A stretch of 64,000 nucleotides of DNA, taken from the NCBI GenBank assembly GCA_964623335.1, contig CAZUST010000003.1, forward strand, positions 869 through 64,868, given 5' to 3'. The notes beneath the pieces were generated by a model. That model did no database searches. It saw only the letters and a program-made list of their open reading frames with translations, and was not told the DNA's origin. This stretch comes from an uncultured Candidatus Saccharibacteria bacterium (GTDB taxonomy: Bacteria > Patescibacteriota > Minisyncoccia > Minisyncoccales > UBA5738). A program made the position numbers and the translations under genes. Below, piece by piece: positions 35,858-45,022 of the stretch; the stretch's first letter is position 1; every line of letters starts with the position of its first letter.

Positions 35858-36433
35858 CTACCGCTTCGCCCATTGCGGCGCGCGGCGGGCCTTCTTCAAA
35901 CCCGGCTTCTTTCTCTCCTTCATGCGAGGATCGCGGGTCAGATAGCCGGATTTCTTCAAACGCTTTTTAAAATCGGCGTTGAAAAGCACCAGAGCCCGGG
36001 TAATGCCGTGGCGAATGGCATCAGCCTGCGCGATAATGCCGCCGCCTTTAACCACAACACTAATCCGGAAACGATCGGTGCAGTTCATCTTTACCAGAGG
36101 CGCTTCAATAATGTTTTTGAATTCAGCGGGAACGAAATACTTATCAAAAGCTTTGTTGTTGACGGTAAAGCTTTTGTCGCCGCGAGTGTAAAGGCGCACG
36201 CGCGCGATCGCAGTCTTGCGGCGGCCGACAGCTTCGTAGTACCGATCGGCTTTTTTCTTTCCCGAAGCGTCAGTTTCCTGGCTATCGTTCTCGACCGCCT
36301 CAATAGCGGCCTCTTTCAACACTGCAGGAATCGTTTCGGGTTGCTCTTCGCTTTTGACAACCTTGACCGGACGGGCTGCCGGTTTGGCGGCTACCGCAGG
36401 TTCGGGCTTTGAATTTTGCGTGGTTTTTGCCAT
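35858..36433 (-). CDS. rpsI: Ribosomal protein S9 (with ~60-aa Ala/Lys-rich N-terminal extension)
   Basis: The C-terminus ...GGGIIAQADAIRHGITRAL...GYLTRDPRMKERKKPGLKKARRAPQWAKR is canonical S9. Confidence 0.9.
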   Translation of the reverse strand: MAKTTQNSKPEPAVAAKPAARPVKVVKSEEQPETIPAVLKEAAIEAVENDSQETDASGKKKADRYYEAVGRRKTAIARVRLYTRGDKSFTVNNKAFDKYFVPAEFKNIIEAPLVKMNCTDRFRISVVVKGGGIIAQADAIRHGITRALVLFNADFKKRLKKSGYLTRDPRMKERKKPGLKKARRAPQWAKR

Positions 36434-36443
36434 ATGATTTCGT

Positions 36444-36803
36444 TTACATCTGGACGCTCAGGCGCTTAATCATCCTGTCGCGCAATTTATTGTCCGGCAA
36501 CATCCGGTATACCGCGTGGCGCAGAAGCTTGGCCGGATCCTTGGCCATAACGTCATTCCAAGTTTCTTCTTTCAATCCGCCCATATAGCCCGTGTAATGA
36601 TAATTGATTTCGCTTTCCATTTTATCGCCGGTGATCTTCACATCCTTAAAATTTTTGACCACTACAAAATCGCCCGCGTCAATATGAGGTGCGTAGCCAG
36701 GCTTATCCTTGCCCCGGAGCAGTACCGCGACCCGTGTCGCGAGCTTGCCTAAAACGATCCCGGAGGCATCAATTGTATGCTTTTCTCTTTTTATCGTAAT
36801 CAT
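36444..36803 (-). CDS. rplM: Ribosomal protein L13
   Basis: L13 sequence, located next to rpsI. Confidence 0.9.
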   Translation of the reverse strand: MITIKREKHTIDASGIVLGKLATRVAVLLRGKDKPGYAPHIDAGDFVVVKNFKDVKITGDKMESEINYHYTGYMGGLKEETWNDVMAKDPAKLLRHAVYRMLPDNKLRDRMIKRLSVQM

Positions 36804-36808
36804 GTTGT

Positions 36809-37252
36809 TTAGACGTTTGCTTTAGGGGTTTTGACCGCCTTCTTGGGCGCCCCCTTCCCGGCCCTTACGGCTTTGGCAATCGCCGGAGCGATCACTGCCG
36901 GCCGGTCCAATAGCTCGACAATCGCCATCGGCGCGCCATCTTTCACGCGCGGACCCAGTTTGGCAATGCGAGTATAACCGCCATTGCGATCTTTAAAACG
37001 GGGAGCGATCTCGGTAACAAGCTTGCGAACCGCTGCCATCGGCAGGAATGCCGCCAGAGCTTTTTTACCCGCCAAATCATTCTTTTTGGCCTTGGTTATT
37101 AGTTTTTCCACCAGCGTCGCGGTCGCGCGAGCGCGAACTTTAGTGGTCGTGATCTTTTCTTGCAATATCAAATTAACCGCAAGCGAGCGCTTAAAAGCTT
37201 TGCGTTGATCGGTTTTCCGGCTGAATTTTTTTCCTTTTATTCTCTTATACAT
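36809..37252 (-). CDS. rplQ: Ribosomal protein L17
   Basis: L17 core with an Ala/Lys-rich C-terminal tail. Confidence 0.9.
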   Translation of the reverse strand: MYKRIKGKKFSRKTDQRKAFKRSLAVNLILQEKITTTKVRARATATLVEKLITKAKKNDLAGKKALAAFLPMAAVRKLVTEIAPRFKDRNGGYTRIAKLGPRVKDGAPMAIVELLDRPAVIAPAIAKAVRAGKGAPKKAVKTPKANV

Positions 37253-37273
37253 GTTATCTTGTATTCTTTGAAT

Positions 37274-37963
37274 TTATGCCTCAAAAGCTTTATGCAGCAT
37301 CGCGAAATGGTTTACCAATATTTCGGACGCGCGCGAAAATGCGGTTTCGGCAGTTATGGTGCCGTCAGTTTCGATGTCAAAGATTATTTTATCAAAATCG
37401 GTACGATCGCCGACGCGCATATTTTGCACCCTGAAACCAACTTTCTTGATTGGCGCATACATCGCGTCCATCGGGATGACGCCGATCTCCAGTTTGGATT
37501 TCGCGGAACGGGCATCTTTGGAAGTGTAGCCGGTCCCCTTTTCCACTTTGATCTCCATCTCCAACTTGGAGCTTTTAGCCGTCAGATTGGCGATGTGCTG
37601 GTCGGGATTGACCAATTCCAGCTGGCTGGGAACTTCCAGATCCTTGCCAGTGATTTCCTTTTCCCCCTTGGCTTTTAAAACGCAGATTTGCGCCTCATCT
37701 CCGGTCATCTTAAAGCGAAGCTGACGCACATTGATCATGATCGTGATCACATCTTCCATAACTCCGGCGATCGTTGAAAATTCGTGGGGCACGCCCTTGA
37801 TGTTTATCTGGGTAACCGCCGCGCCCTCCAAAGACGACAGCATCACCCGCCGCAAAGCATTGCCGATGGTAACACCATACCCCGGGAAAAGAGCCTCGAT
37901 TTCAATGAGGGCTTGGTTGCCTTTCTTTTCGATAACTTTTGGAGTCAATGGTAACGGAATCAT
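37274..37963 (-). CDS. rpoA: RNA polymerase alpha subunit, N-terminal domain only (229 aa)
   Basis: RpoA N-terminal domain motifs are present. There is no C-terminal domain, and rplQ starts 21 nt downstream. Confidence 0.85.
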   Translation of the reverse strand: MIPLPLTPKVIEKKGNQALIEIEALFPGYGVTIGNALRRVMLSSLEGAAVTQINIKGVPHEFSTIAGVMEDVITIMINVRQLRFKMTGDEAQICVLKAKGEKEITGKDLEVPSQLELVNPDQHIANLTAKSSKLEMEIKVEKGTGYTSKDARSAKSKLEIGVIPMDAMYAPIKKVGFRVQNMRVGDRTDFDKIIFDIETDGTITAETAFSRASEILVNHFAMLHKAFEA

Positions 37964-38058
37964 GTTTGTTTTAGCTGTAAATCCTCGAACGCTTTAGGCC
38001 GCGGAAGCCATATTATAGTCCAGGAAATCAACAGCGATTAAATATTGGATTTTACAAT

Positions 38059-38691
38059 TTAGCGGGCATAGAATTCAAACACCGAACCAATTTCCGCTAC
38101 GGGTTGCAATTCTTCCATTGTCACGTCGCCGGTCTTCTTTCCTTCCATTTTCTCGGCGTTGACCGCCAACCAAGCCGGAGCTTTGTAATTTTTCATAATT
38201 CCCTGCTGTTTGGTAAAGTAAGCGTTCTTTAACTTCCGGGGCGCCACGCTAACCGTATCCCCGGTCTTTATTTGGCGGGAAGGCAGGTTCACCGGTTTTC
38301 CGTTAACCAAGAAATTGTTGTGGCTGACCAACTGGCGCGCGGTAATCCGCGAACCGGCAAATCCCATGCGGAAAACCACATTGTCCAGCCGGTATTCCAG
38401 TTTTTTCATCAATTCCAGCGGCAGGTTGTCGGCACTCCCCTTCTTGGCCAGAATCGCTTTGGCGTAGTTCTTGAATTGCTGTTCGCGCAAATTGTACCAA
38501 ATCTTCAGATTTTGCTTTTCGCGCAGCTCGCGGCCGTATTCGGATAATTGCTTCGTCCTTCTTTTTCCCTTTTTGCCGGGCGCGGTCGGACGACGAACAA
38601 TGGCGCATTTTTGTCCGTAGCAACGGTCCCCCTTCAGAAACAATTTTACGCCGGCTCTCCGGCATTTTTTACATTTGATATTCGTATCCAT
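38059..38691 (-). CDS. rpsD: Ribosomal protein S4
   Basis: N-terminal Cys cluster CKKCRRAGVKLFLKGDRC and an S4 domain. Confidence 0.9.
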   Translation of the reverse strand: MDTNIKCKKCRRAGVKLFLKGDRCYGQKCAIVRRPTAPGKKGKRRTKQLSEYGRELREKQNLKIWYNLREQQFKNYAKAILAKKGSADNLPLELMKKLEYRLDNVVFRMGFAGSRITARQLVSHNNFLVNGKPVNLPSRQIKTGDTVSVAPRKLKNAYFTKQQGIMKNYKAPAWLAVNAEKMEGKKTGDVTMEELQPVAEIGSVFEFYAR

Positions 38692-38735
38692 TTTATTGCT
38701 TGAAAAATTTGATCGGCATTACCAGACCGGCGCGA

Positions 38736-39188
38736 TTACACGCGGCGAGTCTTGCGAGGACGGCATCCGTTATGCGGAACCGGCGTCATGTCCTTGATAG
38801 AAACGATATCCACGCCACGGGCCGCCAACGACCTGACGGCGGAGTCGCGGCCGGACCCGATGCCTTTTACAATCACTTGCACCCTTTCAATGGCGAGCTT
38901 TTTTACCACTTCGGCTACCGCTTCGGCGACTTTTGAAGCCGCGAACGGAGTTCCCTTCTTGGTACCCTTGAAACCGATGCTGCCGGCAGATTTCCAGCAT
39001 AAAACGTTTCCGCCTTCGGTAGCCAACGAAACAATCGTATTGTTGTACGAAGAAGATATGAAAACTATTCCCTGGCGGGTGCGCGCCGTGGCTTTCACCG
39101 TGACCTCCTTTTTTACTTTAGCCTCAACGGCATCGCGTTCTTTCAGGAGCTCTTCCTTATTTTGAGTGGCAACATGCTTCTTACCCAT
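38736..39188 (-). CDS. rpsK: Ribosomal protein S11
   Basis: S11 sequence ending ...TPVPHNGCRPRKTRRV. Confidence 0.9.
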   Translation of the reverse strand: MGKKHVATQNKEELLKERDAVEAKVKKEVTVKATARTRQGIVFISSSYNNTIVSLATEGGNVLCWKSAGSIGFKGTKKGTPFAASKVAEAVAEVVKKLAIERVQVIVKGIGSGRDSAVRSLAARGVDIVSIKDMTPVPHNGCRPRKTRRV

Positions 39189-39309
39189 CGTAGTAAATTT
39201 AAAGTTTAAATATCAAAATGAAAAATTTTGGTGTTAAAATTTCACGTTGCGAAATTTTAACTATATATTATTCCTTAATTTTGATTTTTGATTTTTCAAT
39301 TTTTAATTT

Positions 39310-39726
39310 TTATGTCGGGCTGGCGGCGGGCTTGCGACCCGAGCCGACGGTCTTGCGGACATTGCCGCGAACGGTACGGGTATTTGTCCGGGTGCGCTGG
39401 CCTCTAACCGGCAAATTGCGCGAATGGCGCATACCTCTCCAAGCCACAATATCCTTAAGGCGCTTGATATTCATCATGATATCGCGCTTCAGATCGCCTT
39501 CAACGCGATAGTGTTTCTTGATGATTTCTTCAATCTGCTTCATCTGCTCGGGGGTTAGGTCCTTGGCCTTAATCTTGGCATCAATCTTGGCTTCCGCCAA
39601 AACCTTCTTTGCAGATGAAAAACCGATACCGTAAATGTATCCCAAGGCGATACCTATTTGTTTGTTGTCGGGAATATTGACACCGATAATGCGTGGCATA
39701 GTTATTTCTTTATGCGCTGTACTCAA
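39310..39726 (-). CDS. rpsM: Ribosomal protein S13
   Basis: MPRIIGVNIPDNKQIGIALGYIYGIG. Confidence 0.9.
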   Translation of the reverse strand: MSTAHKEITMPRIIGVNIPDNKQIGIALGYIYGIGFSSAKKVLAEAKIDAKIKAKDLTPEQMKQIEEIIKKHYRVEGDLKRDIMMNIKRLKDIVAWRGMRHSRNLPVRGQRTRTNTRTVRGNVRKTVGSGRKPAASPT

Positions 39727-39793
39727 AACAAAAACCTAAACTCAAATCTTTTTTGGTTTAAATTTGAGCCATCCGCGTACACACTATACTATT

Positions 39794-39910
39794 TTAACCT
39801 TGACGTTGCTTGTGTTTGGGGTTCTTTTTGCAAATAACGTAAATGTTGCCGCCCCTCTTGACGATCTGGCAATCCTTGCATATTTTTCTAACCGATGCTC
39901 TGATTTTCAT
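39794..39910 (-). CDS. rpmJ: Ribosomal protein L36 (38 aa; absent from the ORF track)
   Basis: Minus-strand translation [38 protein letters not shown] is canonical L36 with its zinc ribbon. It lies between infA and rpsM as expected. Confidence 0.85.
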   Translation of the reverse strand: MKIRASVRKICKDCQIVKRGGNIYVICKKNPKHKQRQG

Positions 39911-39925
39911 ATTATTTACCTGATG

Positions 39926-40144
39926 TTACCTTCCGCGGTACACAATGCGGCCGCGGGTTTCGTCGTAGGGACTCATTTCTACCGTAACCTGGTCGCCGGG
40001 AAGAATCTTTATCCGGAACATCTTTAATTTTCCCGCCAGATGGCAAAGGATCTCCCGTCCGTCAGAAAGCTTGACGCGAAAATTCGCGTCCGGCAACGAT
40101 TCAAATACTTGTCCTTGAAATCTCAGTATTTTTTGGTTTGACAT
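39926..40144 (-). CDS. infA: Translation initiation factor IF-1
   Basis: S1-like fold; ...[39 protein letters not shown]... is canonical IF-1. Confidence 0.9.
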   Translation of the reverse strand: MSNQKILRFQGQVFESLPDANFRVKLSDGREILCHLAGKLKMFRIKILPGDQVTVEMSPYDETRGRIVYRGR

Positions 40145-40233
40145 GAAACAATTAAAAAGTATATCAAATAATCTAAATTAAGTCAAATATCCCGACCGGC
40201 ATTTTGCTTGATTTATGCCGCTCCAAATCGTTT

Positions 40234-41676
40234 TTATTCGATGATGGTTTGAACTTCGATCCGATCCAGGTCACGCGGTATTGAATTCCGCCAAATCGGG
40301 GTAAATTTGATTTCAACCTTCATACCTTGTTTCTCAAGAAACATTTTGGCTTCCTGGCCGCTCCTCTCCGACAATCCTTTTTTGAGCTCGTTGTCTTCCA
40401 ACCCGGGATATACCGGAACCCGGGCTGACAATTCCAGAAAAGCATTGCCGGTCACGGGATCCAGCCCTTCATAGGCCGAACTGACTTCCAGTTTAGGTTG
40501 ATAGGCCACCGAACCCTGAGGCACCTTACTTAGAATAAAATCTTTACCCATATTGTCAAGGTCAGATTTCCGATAGACCACTGCTGTCGCTTTTCCAGTC
40601 ATTTGGCTGGTAATCTTACCCAAACTATCGCCTAATTTTGCTTGCACATCGGCGGCGCCAAAATCATACTTTTGGCTTTCCGCGACCATTTCATAACCTT
40701 CCGGAACCTGCAACCGCAATTTCTTTTCCATTTCACTCTTGGCCAAATCGGTGATCGCCTGTTTGGCATTATCCAAGTCGGCTTGGGTTACCAAAGGCGC
40801 ACTACCGGTTGAACCGCCCTGAAACTTTTCGTAGGATTGGGCGATTACATAAATATATTGCGGAGTTCCCGCCAATCCAGGAACAGAAAACGCCGCCGGC
40901 TCAATGTTGTATTTTTCTCCGGGTCGATCGGCAATAACCGTTACGGTTGCGGAACTTTTAGGGGGTAATACTATATCTTGCGTGGTCCGAAACCAAGGAG
41001 TTTCGTCGGCGGCCAACGGCGGATTAAATTTACTTTTTTCAGCCTCCAAGCGCGTATTTTTTACCAATCGCTGCTCGGTCGTATAATTATTAAAAATTTT
41101 GACGGTTCCCGTGGCTTTGCCTTGGGTGTCTTTTTTACCGGTAACGTCCGATTGGTTGCTGATGGTGTCTTCGACGGTAAGTATCAAACCGGAAATAATT
41201 CCCTTTTCTTCATTAACTCCTTGGGCGGCGGGATCGACTATTACTCGCGTTTTATCGCTTAGCTCGCTGGTCGCCGGCCAGATTTTAACCATCGCGCGGG
41301 CAGTTTTCCAATCGATGGCATACATGATCGCGGCAACAACAACCCCGGCTAAAATCAATTTAACCGCCCATCCTTTAATTTTGCCGCCCAATGAATTCCC
41401 GTTATCATCGTCATCGAACCGGGAACTTTCCGATTGACCCATAAAAGTTACTCGCGGTTTTAGCGGCGGCAGCCCAGGCTCAATCGGCGTTTGTATCGGA
41501 GGTCCAGGAATAATTTCCGGTTGGGGCGCGGCGGATTCCGGCTCGAGGCGGGAAAGAGGTTCCGAAGCGGAAATTTTAATGCCTGGAATTTTTATCTCTT
41601 CAGCGGGCGCGGCCGGTGTTTTAATATTGGCGGCACTGTCACGCGGAGGAAAAATATCGATTACTTTTTTTGCCAT
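40234..41676 (-). CDS. Hypothetical membrane-anchored protein with a Pro-rich N-terminal region
   Basis: Pro-rich N-terminus, a single TM helix (LILAGVVVAAIMYAI) and a large extracytoplasmic domain. No motif recognised. Confidence 0.45.
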   Translation of the reverse strand: MAKKVIDIFPPRDSAANIKTPAAPAEEIKIPGIKISASEPLSRLEPESAAPQPEIIPGPPIQTPIEPGLPPLKPRVTFMGQSESSRFDDDDNGNSLGGKIKGWAVKLILAGVVVAAIMYAIDWKTARAMVKIWPATSELSDKTRVIVDPAAQGVNEEKGIISGLILTVEDTISNQSDVTGKKDTQGKATGTVKIFNNYTTEQRLVKNTRLEAEKSKFNPPLAADETPWFRTTQDIVLPPKSSATVTVIADRPGEKYNIEPAAFSVPGLAGTPQYIYVIAQSYEKFQGGSTGSAPLVTQADLDNAKQAITDLAKSEMEKKLRLQVPEGYEMVAESQKYDFGAADVQAKLGDSLGKITSQMTGKATAVVYRKSDLDNMGKDFILSKVPQGSVAYQPKLEVSSAYEGLDPVTGNAFLELSARVPVYPGLEDNELKKGLSERSGQEAKMFLEKQGMKVEIKFTPIWRNSIPRDLDRIEVQTIIE

Positions 41677-41864
41677 CTTTTTATAAAAAGCATTATGCTC
41701 GCAATGCGGGCGGAACGATTAGATAAAATCAGTTTGTTATGGTTTATTATAACAAAATAATAATGAAGTGAAAATAAAAAAGACAAAAAGACGCGGAGCA
41801 ATTCGCGCCTTTGGATTCACTAAATCAACCCTTCCCGATTCCGGCCATTTTTTAAGGTAAAAAA

Positions 41865-42596
41865 TTATTGCAAGTTAGCGACAGAAATGATGAGGGCGGA
41901 AAATTCGGCAGGCTCCAAGGAGATGCCGCCGACGAGCAGGCCGTTATAGCCAGCTTCCTCGAGATAAGACGCGCCGTTTTTGGAATTCACGCTACCGCCA
42001 TAAAGCAATGGAATCTTGTCACTGGAAATATTGCCGATGAATTTGGAAACAACCGCGGCTTCTTCGGGACGGCAAGCCTCGCCAACACCGATAGCCCAAA
42101 CCGGTTCGTAAGCAATGATTATTTTAGCGGTATTTACATTGATATCTTGCAATCCTTCTTTTATTTGTTCTTCGATGATATCCGTAATTTTTCCCTCGAT
42201 ACGCTCCTCGCGCGTTTCGCCCACGCATACAATCGGCGTTAGCCCCGCGGCCAAGGCGGCTTTGGTTTTTTTGTTCACTGATTCATTGGATTCATTGAAA
42301 TATTTTCGGCGTTCGGAATGGCCGATAATAACATATTCGCAGCCTGCATCGGCAATTTGCCCCGCTGAAATGGCGCTCGTGAACGCACCGCAATTTTCCC
42401 AATAACAATCTTGGCTTCCCAAAGCAGCCAGACCCCTTAAGCCGTCTTTGACCAAGTAAAAAAGGTGAGCCGGCGGGCAAATCGCAATCTGAACTTTTTT
42501 ACTCTTCTTTATTCTCTTTTTATAGCCGGCAAGGATCTTTTTGGCGTCTTTTACAGTCGCGGGATTGCATTTCCAATTAGCGATAACATAGTTCAT
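41865..42596 (-). CDS. tpiA: Triosephosphate isomerase
   Basis: ANWKCN, IIGHSERR and AYEPVWAIGVGE motifs are present. Confidence 0.9.
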   Translation of the reverse strand: MNYVIANWKCNPATVKDAKKILAGYKKRIKKSKKVQIAICPPAHLFYLVKDGLRGLAALGSQDCYWENCGAFTSAISAGQIADAGCEYVIIGHSERRKYFNESNESVNKKTKAALAAGLTPIVCVGETREERIEGKITDIIEEQIKEGLQDINVNTAKIIIAYEPVWAIGVGEACRPEEAAVVSKFIGNISSDKIPLLYGGSVNSKNGASYLEEAGYNGLLVGGISLEPAEFSALIISVANLQ

Positions 42597-42677
42597 ATTT
42601 AATTTATATTTTTAAAAGATTTATCTCTGGGTAAACAAGACTTTCGCGATGACGCGAAAGCCCTATCCTGTTTCCAA

Positions 42678-43724
42678 TTATTGTTGGCGCAAATATTCGG
42701 CCGCGGCTTCGGGAACAATCGTGGAAATTTCCATATGGGCGCCCATTTCAAACCCGGCCATGGTCGCGGTCTTGGGCCGGATGGTGAAATGCCAGTGGTA
42801 ATAATCATAGTCCTTACCGTCAGCGGGAGCCGTATGTAAATAGAAATTATACGGCGGATCGCTTAACCCCTTATAAATCTTTTTCATCACTCGGGAAAAT
42901 ATATCGGCCAGGCTATTTTTTTCGTCTTCGGTTATCTGTTCAAAATACGGTGAATGTTTTTTGGGCGTGATCACTACCTCGAAGGCCACTTTGGACGCGA
43001 AAGGACAAAGCGCGATGAAATCACCATTCTCGCAGACCATCCGCATTCCGGCTTCAAGTTCCCAAGCAATCATCTCGCATCCCAAGCATTTTTTGGCGCG
43101 GCGGTAGTATTTCTTTGAATTTTCCAGCGCCCCGCGCAGATCAACATCGATCAGCGGCGTGGTAATGATCTGAGAATGAGGATGCGGCTGGGATGCGCCC
43201 GCTTCCACTCCGTGGTTATGAAAAATAGAAATATACTTGACCAAACGGTTGCCCTTTAAGGCAATATAGCGCAAATGATAGGCATTAATAATTTCTTTGA
43301 TCGCCGAAATATCCATCAAGGCAATGCTTTTTTCGTGATCGCGGGTGATCACCACCTCACAAAAGCCGGCCGCGTCCATAAAATGGTAAACCGGGCCCAC
43401 GTGGACCCTGCGCAAACGGGAACTCGCGGGCGGGCAAAATGCCGGATATTTATTGGGGATAACCGCTAAACTCCAATCCGCGGGAAGAGTGCCATCGCTA
43501 ATCTTTTCCCCTTTGGACATTACCAAAACCGGCTTTGACCGGCTATCAAGGTTGCAAAAAGAACAATCCTTAGGAAGCATGTCGGAATGTATCCGCTCCC
43601 GCTTGAAAGCTTCCGGCCGTTTGCCGCGGCCGGGCGAGATCACCACCCAATCCCGCGACACTTCGTCGTAGCGCAGTTGAGACGAGTGGCATTTGCCATT
43701 CAATAGATCTTTGGAATTTTCCAT
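42678..43724 (-). CDS. galT: Galactose-1-phosphate uridylyltransferase-like HIT-superfamily enzyme
   Basis: Cys/His zinc motif (CSFCN) and the H-x-H-x-Q active-site signature (PHPHSQII). Confidence 0.65.
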   Translation of the reverse strand: MENSKDLLNGKCHSSQLRYDEVSRDWVVISPGRGKRPEAFKRERIHSDMLPKDCSFCNLDSRSKPVLVMSKGEKISDGTLPADWSLAVIPNKYPAFCPPASSRLRRVHVGPVYHFMDAAGFCEVVITRDHEKSIALMDISAIKEIINAYHLRYIALKGNRLVKYISIFHNHGVEAGASQPHPHSQIITTPLIDVDLRGALENSKKYYRRAKKCLGCEMIAWELEAGMRMVCENGDFIALCPFASKVAFEVVITPKKHSPYFEQITEDEKNSLADIFSRVMKKIYKGLSDPPYNFYLHTAPADGKDYDYYHWHFTIRPKTATMAGFEMGAHMEISTIVPEAAAEYLRQQ

Positions 43725-43732
43725 ATTATTTT

Positions 43733-43916
43733 ATTACCCGCCGGAATCCCACGGGGCCTTGCTCCGGGGATGAATGGCGGGGAATCAAACTAGCGGGGCG
43801 CCTTGGGCGCGCGGTAGTTTATTTCCCCGCCGGAATCCCACGGGGCCTTGCTCCGGGGATGAATGGCGGGGAATCAAACTAGCGGGGCGCCTTGGGCGCG
43901 CGGTAGTTTATTTGTC
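43733..43916. repeat. Two perfect tandem 89-bp GC-rich hairpin repeat units
   Basis: ACCCGCCGGAATCCCACGGGGCCTTGCTCCGGGGATGAATGGCGGGGAATCAAACTAGCGGGGCGCCTTGGGCGCGCGGTAGTTTATTT occurs twice (89-bp period). The array sits between galT and the GT2 gene. Confidence 0.75.
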
Positions 43917-43920
43917 GAAT

Positions 43921-44877
43921 CTAACGATACAACCCCTTCATCTGATTGGCGCGGATACGTAAAAGGTCTTTGAACATTTTAACCATCGAACCCGCCTTGA
44001 CGGTACTGCGCGTATCGTTCTTCCAAGTTATCCCGACTTCTTTTACGCGGAATCCCTTAGCCTTGGCCAATATTAAAATTTCCGGGTCGAACGCAAAGCG
44101 ATCAATGCGGCATTTGGGTAGAATTACGGCAGCGGCTTTGGCAGACATTGCCTTGAAACCGCATTGAGTATCTTTTATCGCCCATGTCCCGACTACGATA
44201 TTGGCCAACATACGCCATCCCCAACCCAAAAACCGGCGGATCGGCGGCTGGGCCGGCTCAAGTTTCGCTCCCGGAGCATGGCGGGAACCGATAACCACAT
44301 CATATCCTTCCTTAAAAAACGGCAAAAGTTTTTCAACTTCCTCGATGGGAGTGGAATTATCGGAATCGGTAAAAAGACGAACCTGCCCTTTGGCCGCTAG
44401 CAACCCTTGACGCACCACATAACCTTTGCCGTGGTTTACGTGGTTATCGAGAAGTTTTAATTTAGCCACTTTGCCGATCAGGGCTTCAACGGCGCGCCCG
44501 GTACCATCCTTGGATCCGTCGTTTACCACAATTATCTCATAAACATAGGGTTGTTTTTTGAGATAATTATCCAAGATCTCCAAGGTTTTGGGCAGGCGGT
44601 CTTCTTCATTATACGCCGGTACCACCACGGACAAAAAAATATCCTGGCTTTTCGGCGGCACTTGAAAGCGTCCGGCAGGTTGAATATATTGCCGGCGAAT
44701 GTTTTTGCCGTTATTATCGGCGTTATTGAAGCTGTGGCCGCGGGCGCGGTTTTTCGCGCCCTTGAATCCATCCGAACTACTCTTTACCGATTTTTTAGAT
44801 TCTTTCGGCGAGTTGTTTGGCTTTGCGGATACCGTCGTCATCCGGTCAATAGCGGAGTCGAAATTTTCGTTTTGCAT
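43921..44877 (-). CDS. Family 2 glycosyltransferase (dolichyl-phosphate mannose synthase-like) with N-terminal low-complexity extension
   Basis: LSVVVPAYNEEDRL...VVNDGSKDGT is the GT2 DXD-type N-terminus. Confidence 0.75.
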   Translation of the reverse strand: MQNENFDSAIDRMTTVSAKPNNSPKESKKSVKSSSDGFKGAKNRARGHSFNNADNNGKNIRRQYIQPAGRFQVPPKSQDIFLSVVVPAYNEEDRLPKTLEILDNYLKKQPYVYEIIVVNDGSKDGTGRAVEALIGKVAKLKLLDNHVNHGKGYVVRQGLLAAKGQVRLFTDSDNSTPIEEVEKLLPFFKEGYDVVIGSRHAPGAKLEPAQPPIRRFLGWGWRMLANIVVGTWAIKDTQCGFKAMSAKAAAVILPKCRIDRFAFDPEILILAKAKGFRVKEVGITWKNDTRSTVKAGSMVKMFKDLLRIRANQMKGLYR

Positions 44878-45022
44878 TTCTTTAATTTATCATAAATTGA
44901 CAAACCGAACAAAAAGCACAAAGCGCAAAGCTTTTATTTGTTTATTTTATTTAACTGCCAGACTACCTCGGAGCTTATCGGTTCAAGCACGAAAACCACC
45001 CGGCAGTCAGTCTCGAGGCAGT

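Noticed and set aside
39218-39511. Plus-strand 97-aa ORF and the phased (TTTTTGA/TTTTTCA/TTTTTAA) T-tracts at 39270-39310
   Set aside because: The ORF is antisense to the rpsM 3' end and intergenic DNA. The T-tracts have roughly 7-bp periodicity, not helical phasing, so they are probably just AT-rich spacer or terminator sequence and not a curved-DNA element.
39764-40027. Plus-strand 87-aa ORF between rpsM and infA
   Set aside because: The true gene in this gap is rpmJ (L36) on the minus strand at 39794-39910. The plus-strand ORF is its antisense shadow.
29712-43916. Possible CRISPR arrays (regular GC-rich palindromic repeats in tandem)
   Set aside because: The sequence between the hairpins is itself repeated identically (two perfect 89-bp units at 43733-43916). 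There are no unique spacers and no cas genes in the window. The arrays are better explained as REP/BIME-like tandem elements.
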